In this document: positions 38,598-51,700 of the stretch, piece by piece
How positions within the stretch are numbered: the stretch's first letter is position 1
How the letters are laid out: every line of letters begins with the position of its first letter
Assembly (NCBI RefSeq): GCF_041956535.1
Contig: NW_027192218.1
Location: forward strand, 77,728 to 141,727
From: Calcarisporiella thermophila CBS 279.70
Taxonomy: Eukaryota > Fungi > Calcarisporiellomycota
Direction of reading: 5' to 3'
DNA length: 64,000 bases
Position numbers and translations under genes: made by a program
The notes under the pieces: generated by a model
What the model was told of the DNA's origin: nothing
Database searches by the model: none
Seen by the model: the letters and a program-made list of their open reading frames with translations, nothing else

Positions 38598-39364
38598 TGG
38601 GAAATATTAAACAATATATATTATAAACAGAGAGAAGAATGGGAAGAATCGGATATAGAATAAATTAATTTTGAAGCGAATCAATTAACAATGATGCATA
38701 TTGAAGGCATTTTAGATTGGGAGAGAGGAATATTTTTGTGTGTATGTTTATAGGAAAATAAAAGGGTTATCACTCCTCCCATTTCCCCCCTCTTTTATCG
38801 ACAAAGCCAAGCTGAGGACGATTGGCTTGGTCGGCTCTCGCCGGAATTGGTGGGAGCGGCAGTCACTTTTTTTTTGCTCTTTTCCAGCAAGATCCACGTC
38901 GCGTAATTGCTGCCCTCTTCTTCCGGCGATTCATTTGCTGGGAACGGGCCTCTGGAAGCGGCAGCGCCAGGACGATGCTGGGAAGAGAAAGAGGCACCGG
39001 TTTCAGAGCGCGGCCAGTCCCACAGGTAAGCTCTCTTGGGATGACCTAAACCTCTTGTACAATTCAGCCGTCCCCGGCCTCCATTCCATCGACTTCTAAA
39101 ATGAGACTGCGGACTTCAAACGATTTCTATTATACGTTAAAATTAACCGAAATTTACAGAGCGCTTGAATATGCAAAGTACATCCAGACTTTTTAACCAA
39201 ATTCTCTCCTAAACAGTTAGATATAGACGCACCGGAAATAAACAGGCACATTAAGTATACGAAAGTGAAGAATTAGTCACAACTCGGTAGGAGTTAAATA
39301 TCCCGTGATGATACGAAAAAATAAGAAGAAATAATAAAGTGCTATACAACCTCTTTTCGGTAGC

Positions 39365-40239
39365 TCACTGCCCCTCTTCAAGCGCAACTTGAAGGTCAAA
39401 TCTCTCGTTCTCCAACCTGGCCATCTCCGCCATTAGGTTTTGAACGCGAGCCAAGTCCGCCAGCGCCGCTGCCAACTGCTCGTGCTTCCGCAAGTTTTTC
39501 CCCTCATACACCTGCTCTGCCTGACGGCCAGGTGGAGTGGGGTTCTCATGGCAGTCGACATAGACCCGGCCCCAACCGAGAACCCTCGCACCCACACCCT
39601 CGCATGGCTTGTCCAAATTCAAGCCCACCATGGCTAGTTGCTCCGTCTCTAGGAGACATCCCCCCCCATGCAGGTCCAGAGAATGCACGCTGCGTATATT
39701 ACACCCAAGGAGATTAGCATCCATATTAGCTACCGGCCCTGCTTTCCTTATGCCTCCACACGCAAGCTCTTGGATCTTCAGCTCCAATTGCTGGATCTTT
39801 TCTTTGTGAAGCTTCGTTGGCTCGGCGTGAACTTGGATGGGTTTTTCGTGTGCCTGCAAGGACTCGCCTTGAGCTTTGCCTGCGAGGAGGCCCTCACCCT
39901 CCTCATCGCACTTCGCGGCCTCCTAGAGGAGAATAAAGTCAGACCGAGAAGTCTAGACAAGCAGTGAACCGATCTTCCTTCACCTCGGTGATTTGCGCTA
40001 TCGCAGTTGCATCTAGACAGCAATGAGCAGCGTGCTCCTCCTTGTAGTCGCCTTCGCTGCTGCCGATCTCCTAAATCGGGGAGGGTATTACAAAGGGGTA
40101 TAGAGTTCACCGCGGGCTAAATTCCCTCACGAAGATAGTTTATAACAAAGCTTACTTTCTCATCGGATTCTGCAGACGGTTTCACGCGTGTACTTCCTGT
40201 CAAAGACATCCCGACCATGGCACTCCGCAAAGCTGACAT
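39365..40239 (-). CDS. Orphan coiled-coil protein, about 242 aa, 3 exons (40239-40156, 40070-39984, 39922-39365)
   Basis: Two phase-0 GT-AG introns join the exons in frame without stops; heptad-rich segments KEKIQQLELKIQEL and LAAALADLARVQNLMAEMARLENERFDLQ. Confidence 0.55.
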
Positions 40240-42367
40240 CTTCGAGCTCTAGGGTTAGCACCAAGTAAAAGAAATGGTAAAAGCTAAGTCTATAAGAGCA
40301 TCGCGGCTGTAGCTGCTATCCATACCAGGAAGCTTTGAGCGCGTTTCCTTATATTAGGCCAATGGCACCACAGTTTCACGGCCGCGGTCGACTTGATCCA
40401 GGTGGTCAGTTGGACCGCGAGAGAAATCACGTTAAGCACTGAGATACAGTTACCCATTTTGTAGGATGGTTTACAAAGACGAAGGATATGCAGTTGAATG
40501 TTGGATTAATTCGAGGGTCGACCCAACGCAAAGAATTAGGGCGTTATAGTAGAGCGAAGTAAAAATAAAGTGAAGAGATTTTTGCTCGACGAGGAAAAGT
40601 GCAAACAGTCACTTTTTCAATAAGGAAATGAGTAAAAACAAATCAAATCGCTTGGTTTGTGATAGCAATCGTTGGATTCAACACAGCCAAGTGAGGCAGA
40701 GAGATTGCGCTTTTGACTGCAAAGAGAATGGAGGAAATGCAGAGGGAAAGAGGTGGTAAATAGAGAAGGGAAGAGAGTGGAAGGTGTAAGAAGAAAAAAA
40801 AAGGAGGAGTCAGTCTTTATACGTTTTTTTTCTTCGTGTTTTCTGATGGGTGTTAATACTACTCCTTTTGATAACGAGTTCCGTGAACTCACCAATGATC
40901 AATTGAAAATCCTAAAGGCAAGGCTCTCCCCAGCTTCTCCCATAGACTTCTCCAACTCCCGCATGATCAACAACACACGGAACTTGCCTATTTTGTACGG
41001 CGGTTCTATAATCGCGAACTCAAAAAAAATGAAACTGGGCCATGTTGTGGTAAGTGTTACGAACTTGTTTTGCGATTTTTTTTTCTATGAATTCTGATCT
41101 GGTTCAGAATAGATAAAGAACTCAGATTTCTCCACGCGAAAAGCTGCGTTTACATTCACTTGTGCTCTCCTTCGTGCAATCTGCCTTGTCATTCCAAACG
41201 GCGCGATCCCCTCTGCCCGTCATTTTGGTTAGATTCCAGCGTGGCATGAGTGTGGCAGATGGAGAAGAAGTGCATAGCATTTTGACAGAAGCATCTAGCT
41301 TGGTTCGAAGGACTCGAGGGAATCCAGAGGGGCATTCAGTGATCCGAATGCTACAAATTGATCCAAATTAAAATTAAGACCGTGTCGAGTAGGACTATTC
41401 ACTTGTATATTTTCCTTTCTCCGACTCCAAACCTTCTGCATCCCTTTATTACTTTGAGGAACAGCACCCGGGTGAGAGCTAATTAAAACATGCTATGATA
41501 AAGAAGCTAGATCACATCCAAGTAACATGATCAAGGTGAGAATGAGACTTGGAAAACGGATGCTTGGGCCGCTGCTGTTTATTGTGCATGTGTGTGTGGG
41601 GAGGGGATGCCTTCTACAACGGTGATCATCACTTGGTCGATTATGCCTGACGTGCCGGAGCTAGTGGTTCTGATTCACTGATAGCTCTTTCACGTTATAT
41701 ATGAAATCAAGTCGTATTTCTTCCCATACTTTGCGCGTTGGCAAAGGAAATGGGAACCCGACAACTATGACCCCTTCGACATATCCATGGAACAGGGCAG
41801 ATCAATACTGACTGGCCAGTAGCTGTTCGGAACAATTACGAAGACCGGCTTTTTAATAAGTGGAGCAGGGTATGACCATTGGGTTCTATTTTTAGAGAGA
41901 GCCTTGTTTCCTTGGATTGCTTTTTAGGTAGCACGGATGCCCAAAGACTACTGACCGATTTTCGCCGGTGGCTCAAACCGTTCCGTCGGAGCATATGCCT
42001 CCGACGCGAAAGGTTGTTCGTGCCTCAACTTGCGGCTGACCATGACAGATAGCCATTCTGTATTCATCCAGAAGGAGTGGCAGGGTAGATACAGGCAACC
42101 GATCCGCAGCCTCGAAAGTGCTCTCAAAAAGCATCCATTCAAGCTCAAACGGGCCGTTGTTTTTGCATTTTCACTTCATTTATTAACTGCTCAGCAAAGG
42201 AAAATAAAAAAGAGATGAATGAACAAACAAGATAACGTGACGTATATACTTAATAAATATCAGAAGTTGTATATACAGAAAATCACAACACATCTAGTCC
42301 TGACTCCTATCTCAATAAAAAACACACAAAAAAAGTAACGGTAAACTCACTTACACTGGTACAACCA

Positions 42368-42991
42368 TCATCCCCGATACTGATTCCACAAACCTCCTCC
42401 ACTAACCGCCCCCCCACCACCGCCACCGGCTCCAGTGACGGGCGTCACAGGCTCTACGGCCTGGGCCACCTCCCTCACCACCTCTTGGAGGGCCACGGGC
42501 GGAGGCACTTCAGGATAATGGGCGTATTCGTTCTGGACGACCTGCTGAATCAGATTCTAAAATACAGAGACCAGTATGCCAGCTTAGCCCAAAAGGAGCA
42601 AAGAGAAGATAGGAGAAGGGATTGGATACCCACCCGCTGGCGCTGCTGCAGCTCCCCCATCTCATTCTCGGAGTCCCCGCCAGTATCCATGACGTCGAGG
42701 CGGCGGCGCTGAATGGACTTGAATCTCTCCTCTTTAAACAGGACATCGATGCAGTGCTTGCGGAATTTCTGTCCAGAAGCATCCCATAATTAGAATACCC
42801 AAGCGTCATGCCACTATGTCAGTATGCCTTACCTCCTTCCACACCTCCGGATTAAATCTCGTAACGGCAGCATGGTGATGGGGATGGTGGTTGTGGGCCT
42901 GTGAAGGCATCGAGCGACGGCGTGTACGGGGAAAATGGGATGGAACACAGCTGTCCTCGGAAGGACGTCGTGTTGTGGTCGGCTCTTGCAT
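42368..42991 (-). CDS. Small protein, 155 aa, 3 exons (42991-42833, 42768-42634, 42541-42368); possible RPA-interacting-protein N-terminal motif
   Basis: Phase-0 GT-AG introns keep frame. The spliced junction reads EVWKE|KFRKHCIDVLFKEERFKSIQRRR. Confidence 0.55.
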
Positions 42992-43471
42992 TTCCGTGGT
43001 TACCCTGTCTCTCAAAAGTGTGATGTGGTGAGAGCACGGGCGCGTGAGAAACCCTTTTAGATCACTGTGACTGCGCCTTTCAATCGCATTTTGACAAGTC
43101 TGAATGCTTTCCTCCTAGTCAATAGGGGATTTTATTTATTCGAAGTGACGCAGGGGAAATGAATGGGGGGGGCCCAATATGGCCAGTATGGACTATATAC
43201 ATAGACACTCATACATATAAAATCAGTTTCTGACTTGGATATGTCATATGGATAATCATTATATGGAAGTGAAAGGGGGGGTAAGGCTGTAGAATATTAG
43301 GTGTATATAAGTATGTATATATAGAGAGGGAAGGGTTGATATGTACTAAATAGTTGAGGAAAAAACATGGGATTCACATCGAGGCGAGGCGACTAGGTCG
43401 CATTGGGCTTAGACGAAATTGGACAAGTTGAGGAAGGGGGGGGGGATTCCAACGGACGACACTTTGAACTT

Positions 43472-44071
43472 TTACAAAAATAGTAATTCAAACCCCCTAT
43501 GCTTTTTAAACTTCTTTTTCTTCTGCGGCGACGTCGGTGGCGGCGGCGGTGGTGGCGGCGGCGACCGTTGTGGTTGTTGCATCTTCTTTTCAATATCCGA
43601 CTCCTTTTCACGTGCGTTCCTCGGGGTCAGGGTAAGACGCAGGGTTTGCACGCGGGTTTCAGGTCGGGAGCCGGGAAATCCCTCTTGAATAGCCTCCTCG
43701 ATGTTGCAGGCCTTGAGCTTCGCACCCACCTGTGGGTGCATGAAGTAAATGGCGCGTTTCTCGCTCGCAACGTAATCAACGGGATCCTCTTCGGGACGAG
43801 GGGTATGGGCGAGCGAGTGCCGTCGGGAAGGGGTCACTGAGAAGTAATCGGCTGCTTCCGGGCGCGGAACCGGCGAGGTGTGTCGTCGGGAGTCGAGGTG
43901 CATCTTCTTGAACTTCTGCTGGAAAGAGAGGGGGGCAGCGGGGGAGTGTTTGGGGGGAGGAGTGGGAGGCAAAAGTGGAGGTGTCGGCTGCGAGTTGAAG
44001 GTATAGAACGCGCACAGCTCGTCCACGAATTTCGACATCTCCACCTGGTCATTACTCTGGTACAGCTCCAT
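43472..44071 (-). CDS. Pro-rich hypothetical protein; start uncertain
   Basis: GC-rich ORF of about 200 codons with coding-like codon use; core YFMHPQVGAKLKACNIEEAIQEGFP..TLRLTLTP. Confidence 0.55.
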   Translation of the reverse strand: MELYQSNDQVEMSKFVDELCAFYTFNSQPTPPLLPPTPPPKHSPAAPLSFQQKFKKMHLDSRRHTSPVPRPEAADYFSVTPSRRHSLAHTPRPEEDPVDYVASEKRAIYFMHPQVGAKLKACNIEEAIQEGFPGSRPETRVQTLRLTLTPRNAREKESDIEKKMQQPQRSPPPPPPPPPTSPQKKKKFKKHRGFELLFL

Positions 44072-45047
44072 GTTCCCGTGCAATGGCAAGGTCAATGAGG
44101 GTGGGGGTACTGAATTAGATAGAGAGGCTGGATTAAAGAAAGAGGGAATTGGGGTGTTTTGTCAACGATAAAAGTGAAAAAAATGGTTCTCCGTGCTGAG
44201 AAAGAAAATTAACTGGCGACCTTGCAATATAAATTGCATTTTGTCTCCAGATGACGGGTCCCTACGTCATAGCCTGTCTCGTATTTATTTTCATCTCCGG
44301 ATGAAAAATTGCATGACGCCCACGCTTGCTCGCCCATTTTGGAGGAAAAGATAAATGCTCGGGAATCCAGCGACGATCCCAAATCCCCCTTGTAAGCTGC
44401 AAAACAACTTCAGAAAAGAGACACGCAGATCCATCCGCTCCTGAATTCCTTTGCATCACCTGTGGAAGGTCCCTTCTCTTTTTCCCTTCCACGCCCTTCT
44501 CAATCCAGTTTGCCATGGAAAAAAAATAAAAAGCTTTATTCAGCTCGAAAATGGCTCAAAATACTAAGCAATAGACCCATCTCTTGATCAGCGATGGCCA
44601 CCCATGTATGGTTCATGAATGCAATATCGATCTTCCGTGGATCGTGGCAGAAGAAAATAGAAGGGCATCGAAGAGAACAGAAGCGCAATGAATAAATAAT
44701 GCCACTGTTTTTATTTTCTGGTTTCTTCGAAAAACAAACCAGCTCTTGATATCCCTTTTCCATATCCAGAAATTGATCCCGAACCAATTCTATTAGAGAA
44801 AATGATAAAATTGAAATGAACAGAAACAATAAAAAAACTTGATCATTGATATGATTAGATAGACTAATAAATAAAAGAAAATCTGCAAACGAAATGTTAT
44901 AGGAAAACAAAATAAATCGAAAAAGAATCACCAGTAAATATCGAACTGCAGCAAATTGAGAATAAGAAAGAGAAAGGTAGCGATGGTGGTGGTGTTAGTG
45001 GTGGTGGTGTTAATTGACTCGTATACACACAATAATGCATTAAATGT

Positions 45048-46281
45048 TTAATGTTCTACAAGGTCTGAGGAATTCGAGGTAGACGCATTGTCCTCCTCTG
45101 AGTATCCATTATATTCGTCGCTAGAGATACTTGCTCGCCTAGCTACGTCCGGCCATAAACACACCCCCATTTCTGCAGCAATGGTGGATGCCTCGATATC
45201 CTCGTCTTTAAGCCGCCCGTGGTATTCCTCTCGTATCTCTTGGATGGCGGGGTGTTGTCTAAGGATGTATTCTCTTAAGTCACCATTCAAGTGCCTATCG
45301 CGAGAAGAAAAAGAATTCGCAGAGTCAGCCATCTTCTCTCCCCAGCTTGCTTTGGAGATGATATGTATTTTTAGTACGCACCTCAACACCACCACTATCC
45401 CATCACTACTAGCCGATAAGGCTGCCTCGACATCAACCTCACCATTCCTCGGAGACAAAAATACAAATCGTAAAACCGCAATGGAGTTCTCTGATTTGGC
45501 GGCCTCGATATTCGTGTTGACTTCTTCTTGGAAATCAGGGTGAACGTACGAGAGAAAGGAAGTCCCCACACACTCTTTTGGGTTAAGCCCAAAAAGAAAC
45601 TCGATAGTGCCCGTGGAAAAGAGAATAGTGTGTGAACGCGTAAATCGATTGAGGATCATGCAGCATCGCGGCTCCGGATGTAAGCTAGAGATTTCCCATT
45701 TGAATTTTTGGCTCATGATTTCGAGCATGTGGCTACGGCGTTCTCTTTGTTGCTAAAATGATGATGGAGGGAAGAACTGAATAAGTACTATTGCTAAGGA
45801 GGGGACGGGATTCAATTGGGATTGCTATTGAGCTGGATATTATACCTCCAGAAGTTCTGCATTAGGATCCAGTTCTTGGCTTCCACTCCCTAATAATATA
45901 ATCAGAGGTTTTTTGGGTTCAGCATGGGTCTCACGAGTTTGCACGTAGAGTTCTACATTGCATACCAAGGCTCTGCTTTACACTGTTACAGCTGACTATC
46001 ACGTCGTAGCATACTGTGAAAATCGCCTCAATTATTACATATTTACCACTCTTGGTCATGAATTTAGGGAACATGATCACGGCCACTTTGTCATTTCTCA
46101 CACCGGTTGAATGCATATTCCGTACAATCTCCTGCGTGTCCGGATGTACGTATAGATAAGGTGAAGTGCCAAGTATCTCTTCGGCTGTGTAGCCGAGAAC
46201 ATCAACGACACTCGGGGAGGCATAGAGAAAACAAGCGTCTGGGGATAGATCATGAAAGCTTATGAACTGGGGTCTTAGCAT
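45048..46281 (-). CDS. Tandem PAS-PAS sensor protein, multi-exon
   Basis: PAS1: FISFHDLSPDACFLYASPSVVDVLGYTAEEILGTSPYLYVHPD. PAS2: EPRCCMILNRFT..LFGLNPKECVGTSFLSYVHPD..SASSDGIVVVLR. Confidence 0.85.
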
Positions 46282-47606
46282 TGTGACAGGCACAGGCTGA
46301 CTAGCTTGACTGTTTATAGGATAGGCGGATAGAAGAGAATGACCCTGCGAGAGTCTCAAGTAGTGTAATTGGTAATAATTATGGTATATATATAGTATGT
46401 TGGGAAGAGGGAGCCGCGGGTGAAACTAGGGAGGCTTTTAGGAGAAACAGCTCGCAGCAGAGCATTACGCAGAGGATGTGGGACAGTGGTGCAAATTAAA
46501 AACGAGTACTCGGCCAAAGGGGGCCAGTTCAAAATGGCCCTTAAAAAAATCAATAAATCCTGGCAATTCGTTTAGAATCCCGGGCTCTCATAATTTTATA
46601 ATTGCATGCATACAGCTCGCTCCAAGGGAAGCATAGCTTGCAAGGTAAATCCACCGCGAACAGACCTGACGCCGTTCCCCTTTCCAATCATTCAGCTCAA
46701 ACTTCTGGTGTGATATTGTTGGGTAGATGTTGCCCTTTTCTTTCTCATACTCGATAAGGAGTCGGGGGCATTCTGGTGCCGAAATACTGCCGAAACGGTC
46801 CTGAACCTGACTTGAAAGCGGATTATCTAATATAGGACTATAGGCCGTTGTAATGGCATATAATGTCCTGTGTTTTATGCCCCTAGGCACTCCTGGATAT
46901 GGCAATATCACCTCTTCGCCGGAAAGTCTGGAAAAGCCTTTTGGGATACTCAACCTGGGGTGTCAAGGGTGATTGAAAAAACACCTCTTTCTCCCTACTC
47001 GCCAAGGCTTGCATTATATTATTTAGAAACACTAGCTTGGAGTTTCCTTCCAAAGCACTCGCTGGAGTTGTCGCATACTCCACTAGGCCCTTGCCCTGGA
47101 GGCCTGAGTAGTTTTTCCAGGCTAGAAACGAAAGGTGTCGAATGCTTTGAAAAAATTGCAATTTTTCAAATCCATGCTGGTTCTCTTTCCAATCGAGAAA
47201 CTTGTGCATATCTTCCCAAGCCAGCTTTTCATTACCTGTTTCTAACTGCTGGTCACCACATCGAACTCCAAAAGATTCGACGTAATGGATCAGAAGAACA
47301 GAGGCAAAACGCCTTTCTCATGCTTTGCATGCTTAGTTTTCTCCCGTTACAGAAATGACGCATTTTGGAAGGAGACTCCGGTTTGGTTTGCTCACTTCAG
47401 TTGCCGTGGAACCTCAAAAGGATTGGTTTGTCTCATTGTCAATTTTGTATATATTTTCTCGTCCCCCTCTGCACCCACTGAAAGTTTTCCATGATGAAAT
47501 GCAATACAATTCTCTTTTGGCACTAGACACGTGTATTGGGGAGCTAAAGCATAGGGAAACCTATCGAAAATTTTTTGGATGCAAATGGTGGGAATCGAAT
47601 TTGAAT

Positions 47607-47692
47607 GAAGATTCGAGAAAGGCACGCGGATAGCCTAACCCGAAATGGAAAGAATTCATTTGCATAAAGATCCCGAAATTTCGAGCAACTTC
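47607..47692. promoter_or_regulatory. Heat-shock elements upstream of Hsp20
   Basis: Perfect GAAgaTTCgaGAA at 47607-47619 and GAAatTTCgaGcAacTTC at 47675-47692; TATA-like ATATATAA at about 47705. Confidence 0.8.
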
Positions 47693-47782
47693 TCATAAGA
47701 AAGAATATATAAGCAACCTCTCCCCTTCCTCACCACCCATCATCTCAAGAAGAATCTCACACAAAGCAATATCCTACCAACA

Positions 47783-48250
47783 ATGTCCGCTCTTATCCAC
47801 CATCCATTTGAATCTGACTTCCGCAACTTCGAGCGCGCCGTCAACCGCCTGATGGACGACTTCTGGCGGGACTCGGTGGCCACCTCGCAAGACACTGCTA
47901 ACAACACAGGGTCAAAGGCAATTCGCCGCTGGGCCCCTCGTATGGACGTGCATGAAACGGATAACGAAGTGATTGTGAGCATGGAGCTGCCTGGCGTGCC
48001 AAAAGATAAGGTGAACATCGATGTGCGCGAGCAGGTCCTGACGGTGAGCGGTGAACATTGCGAGGATAAGGCATACGAAAAAGCAAACAAGCACGTCACC
48101 GAACGCCGCTATGGCAGCTTCTCCCGCAGCATCGGGCTGCCTCCGAATCTGAAGTTGGACAAAGCCTCGGCTAAGTTTGAGAACGGGGTCCTAACCGTTA
48201 ATATCGAGAAGGGCGAGGTTCCTGGGACCCGCCGCATCACCATTTCGTAA
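47783..48250 (+). CDS. Small heat shock protein (Hsp20/alpha-crystallin domain), intronless
   Basis: PRMDVHETDNEVIVSMELPGVPKDKV, ERRYGSFSRSIGLP, AKFENGVLTV, C-terminal IxI (RRITIS). Confidence 0.95.
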   Translation: MSALIHHPFESDFRNFERAVNRLMDDFWRDSVATSQDTANNTGSKAIRRWAPRMDVHETDNEVIVSMELPGVPKDKVNIDVREQVLTVSGEHCEDKAYEKANKHVTERRYGSFSRSIGLPPNLKLDKASAKFENGVLTVNIEKGEVPGTRRITIS

Positions 48251-48737
48251 AAGCAACAGCGTCTGTACCATATTTTAACGGCGATGTCTCATGCACATAG
48301 TTTTTGTTCGCCTTGATACCTTGATATCATCTTGACCTGTAGGATTTTGATTGTAGCCTATCTTGCCGCTCATTTATTTTCAATAAATGATGTTATATAA
48401 ATCTTGGTCCGTGTGCAAATTGTTGGAACAAATACAATAATAATGTAAATAAAAAACAGCCGGGCATTCCCCTCCCCTTTTTTTACAAAGTAAAGGGTCA
48501 AACATCAGCGGCTATTGTGTAGGGATACCCTTACCTTTAGCTTCCCGGAATCAGGATTTTATTTTAAGTAGGACAAATTCAGAAGTCACATATTTGTCTG
48601 TTGCATTCCGTCCATACACTCTAAACCTAAACTAAGTTTTCGGGCAAGGAGCGCGCAGTTAATCATCATTCAATTCAAAACACGCTAAATTTTCATTCTC
48701 TTTTGTATATGAACAAAGTTATACGTTGGACTTGACT

Positions 48738-51700
48738 ATGTCGAGTCAGCGTGTAAAGGTATGTATCCGCTTGGAATAAGGGTGACTATTGCGATGCTAA
48801 TTGAAAGACTTGATTGTTCATCCATAGTCGTACCTTCCCGCCATTGAAACTGGCCCCAACCTTCTTTCTGAGCTCTTTGGATATGATGATACCACTGAAA
48901 CGGTAATGTTATCTTGCCCTTTTTATACATCTTGTACTCATTCAATTGTGCTTTTATCACTTCAGACATCAACCAATGTCATTCCACCCGCATCGCTTCC
49001 TCCGTCTCAACCGCCCCCGCCGCCCCCACCACGTCCCTCTCAGCCACCTCACCCAGTCCCATTTTCTCAAATTCGACTCGATAAAGAATTACCCAAACTT
49101 CCACAAGGAATACCCAACGGAGAGCCTAATTCTAATCATGCTTCGTTGGCACTGATCAATCTTGGTTCCTCGGAGCCTCCTTCGAATCAGAACTCATTTC
49201 CCACCTCCCAAACCATCCAAAAGTCACCCGAGCAAAATGCGACTCTTGCGAGAAACGGGAATTCTGCAGATTTACCGTCTACCCTAAACACAGATCTGTT
49301 GCCATCAACAAGTCCATCTCCTAGTCATGATGTTTCAAGCCCAAAGAGTGCCTATTCCATACGTTCGAAAGACGCCCTTCCACCTCTTCCGGAACCATGT
49401 ATGCCGCTTGCGTCACACTCTACTACTGTTTCTACTGCTACCAATGAGCCAGATAGTCGGGTGGACTCTACAAAGACGTCTATTTCGATCTCGGCCATGG
49501 CAAAACAAGAAGATAGGCGGCTTGAGCGAAGTGATAGCCTACCAAATTCGAATATATTCTCCCATGAGAGTAAGGTGAAGCAGCAGCATATGAAGTCCTT
49601 CACCAGCCCCCAGCCGTCTTCGACTATCGATTCTGTGCAATTTAAAGACAAGGAGTCAGAGCCTTCAGAAGACCCAGAATTCGATGCGATACTTTCAGCG
49701 ATGGATGATGTAACCTCGATTCTTATTTATTTCTTTTTAATTACAAAAATTTGCTGAAATTTTAAATTCTATTCTTTCTAGATTCTAAAAAATATTCCCT
49801 CCGGGCCTCCTTCGCAGCCTCAAGCAGCTGCTTCTTCAACGGCCGTTAGCACAGCTATGCCGAAAGTCGAGGCCGAGTCTATACCATTGATTTCTTCGGA
49901 AAATGATAAATCTTCTGCTTCTACAGAGCTTGCAGGGGTTTCAAAGGACCTGCCACCAATCCTTGAGAAGGTATAAACCTCAAGAGATTCAAACCATATA
50001 ATTATTGGTCGGAACCTTAATGGGTGTCTGAATTTATGATTCTAGCATATCAAACCAAATGGAGCGACAGGTGCAAGTGGAGACGATCAAATAGTTTCAC
50101 TGCCCTCTTCAGTGTACGGGCCGGGGGGAACAGCGGCTGCTGTAGAAGTAAACCGTTCCTCATCAATGCGCTTGTTCTTATCCGAGCTGAAGCTCAGCAA
50201 GTTTTTAGAGGGTGAGAGACTATTCCTTAATGACTTGGAATTCCTCTCAGAGGTAGTTTGCTGGATGAACACTATGTTGGGTTGCATGGATTAAATACTA
50301 AATATAAAGGTATGCATATTAGGTATCCAACGTTTGTCTCTCAATGTCGGAAAAGATTCCGGCTGAGCTGATGCCGCTGCTTGATCAGGCTTTAATTCTC
50401 TGGAAGCTCAACAGGGAATTTTATCAGGTAGAGTTGGCCGCTTTATTTTGTTGTAAAAGCTCATTGTTGTTAACTATCGGGCTCGTATCCACAGCAATTG
50501 CTCAATATAAAGCTTAGCCCGAAATATCTGGAGATACTAGGCAGCATCATGGATAATTGGGTAAGTGAATCGTTAACAAGAATTTTTCGTGTTCAAAAAT
50601 TTGGTATTTACTTACCCTTAACAGGTAAATACAATGGAGGAGCCATACTCGATCTATTTTGAGAGACATGCAGAGGGCATACAGAGTCTTCCTGCGATTT
50701 TGAGAATCGATGAGCTTTCTGAGGCATTGAAGCCTTCTTTGGGAACACAGATTCAAGAGCTTGCATTCCGCGGCTTACTTGATCGACCCTTGGGACGAGT
50801 AAAGCATTACAAGGATTTCCATATGGTACGTGCTTTTTAGGATAAGCACTGCGATATACAAGATAGTTAACATCTGGATTTCTTTATTTCGATGTAGAAA
50901 CTAAGCGGTTTCCTAAAAGAGAGATCGAAGTCAACGAAGCCCAAAGGATTGGCACAAGGCGAAGAGGATCAGTCAGAACAAGTGACCCCTAGGCAGCCGC
51001 AGACTACGGAAATCGCAGAATTCACAAAATTGGAGGAAGACACCTCTCATCAAGCTCAGCCGTCTACAACGGAGCAAAGCCCAGTCTCTACTCCAGTACA
51101 CAATGCAACCTCGACCAGCCAGGGAAATGATGATGCCGGTTCGGCCAGGGATAAGGTTTCCCCATCGAGCATTATATCATCCACTACGTCTTCTACGATT
51201 GATACGAGGGGCTCTGTAAGAAGTTCAAAGAGTTCAACGACCAGCAGCTTCAGGAGTTCTGAATCAGGATCTTTTCTGACCTCGGCTATTGGCACAGAGG
51301 CGAGTCCCAACCTTCGTTTACACCAAAATTCCGCCAAAGATATGCATCAACCACTACTGGGCATTTCCGAGGATATTCCAGAAATAAACGGGGATTCGGA
51401 GAGCAGCAATTTGATTACACAGTTTGAGAATCAGATCAGTAGTGATGACGTGCGAGACCTGTTCACGATGAAGCCGAGAGTGCGTATAAATGGGTCACGA
51501 TGGGCAGTGTACTCATGACTAACCAAACGTCTGTTTTCTATAGGTGTGCAAACTTCAACTGAACCCACCTCAGTCAGCACCACGCTATTTTGTGAAACGA
51601 GAGGATATGTCCATTACAGTGTGGGGCCACCCTGTTCGAGCGTCTACCTCTGGCTCTGATGTTGGTGGAGAAGGGAAAGACAAGTTGGGAATAATGGCGG

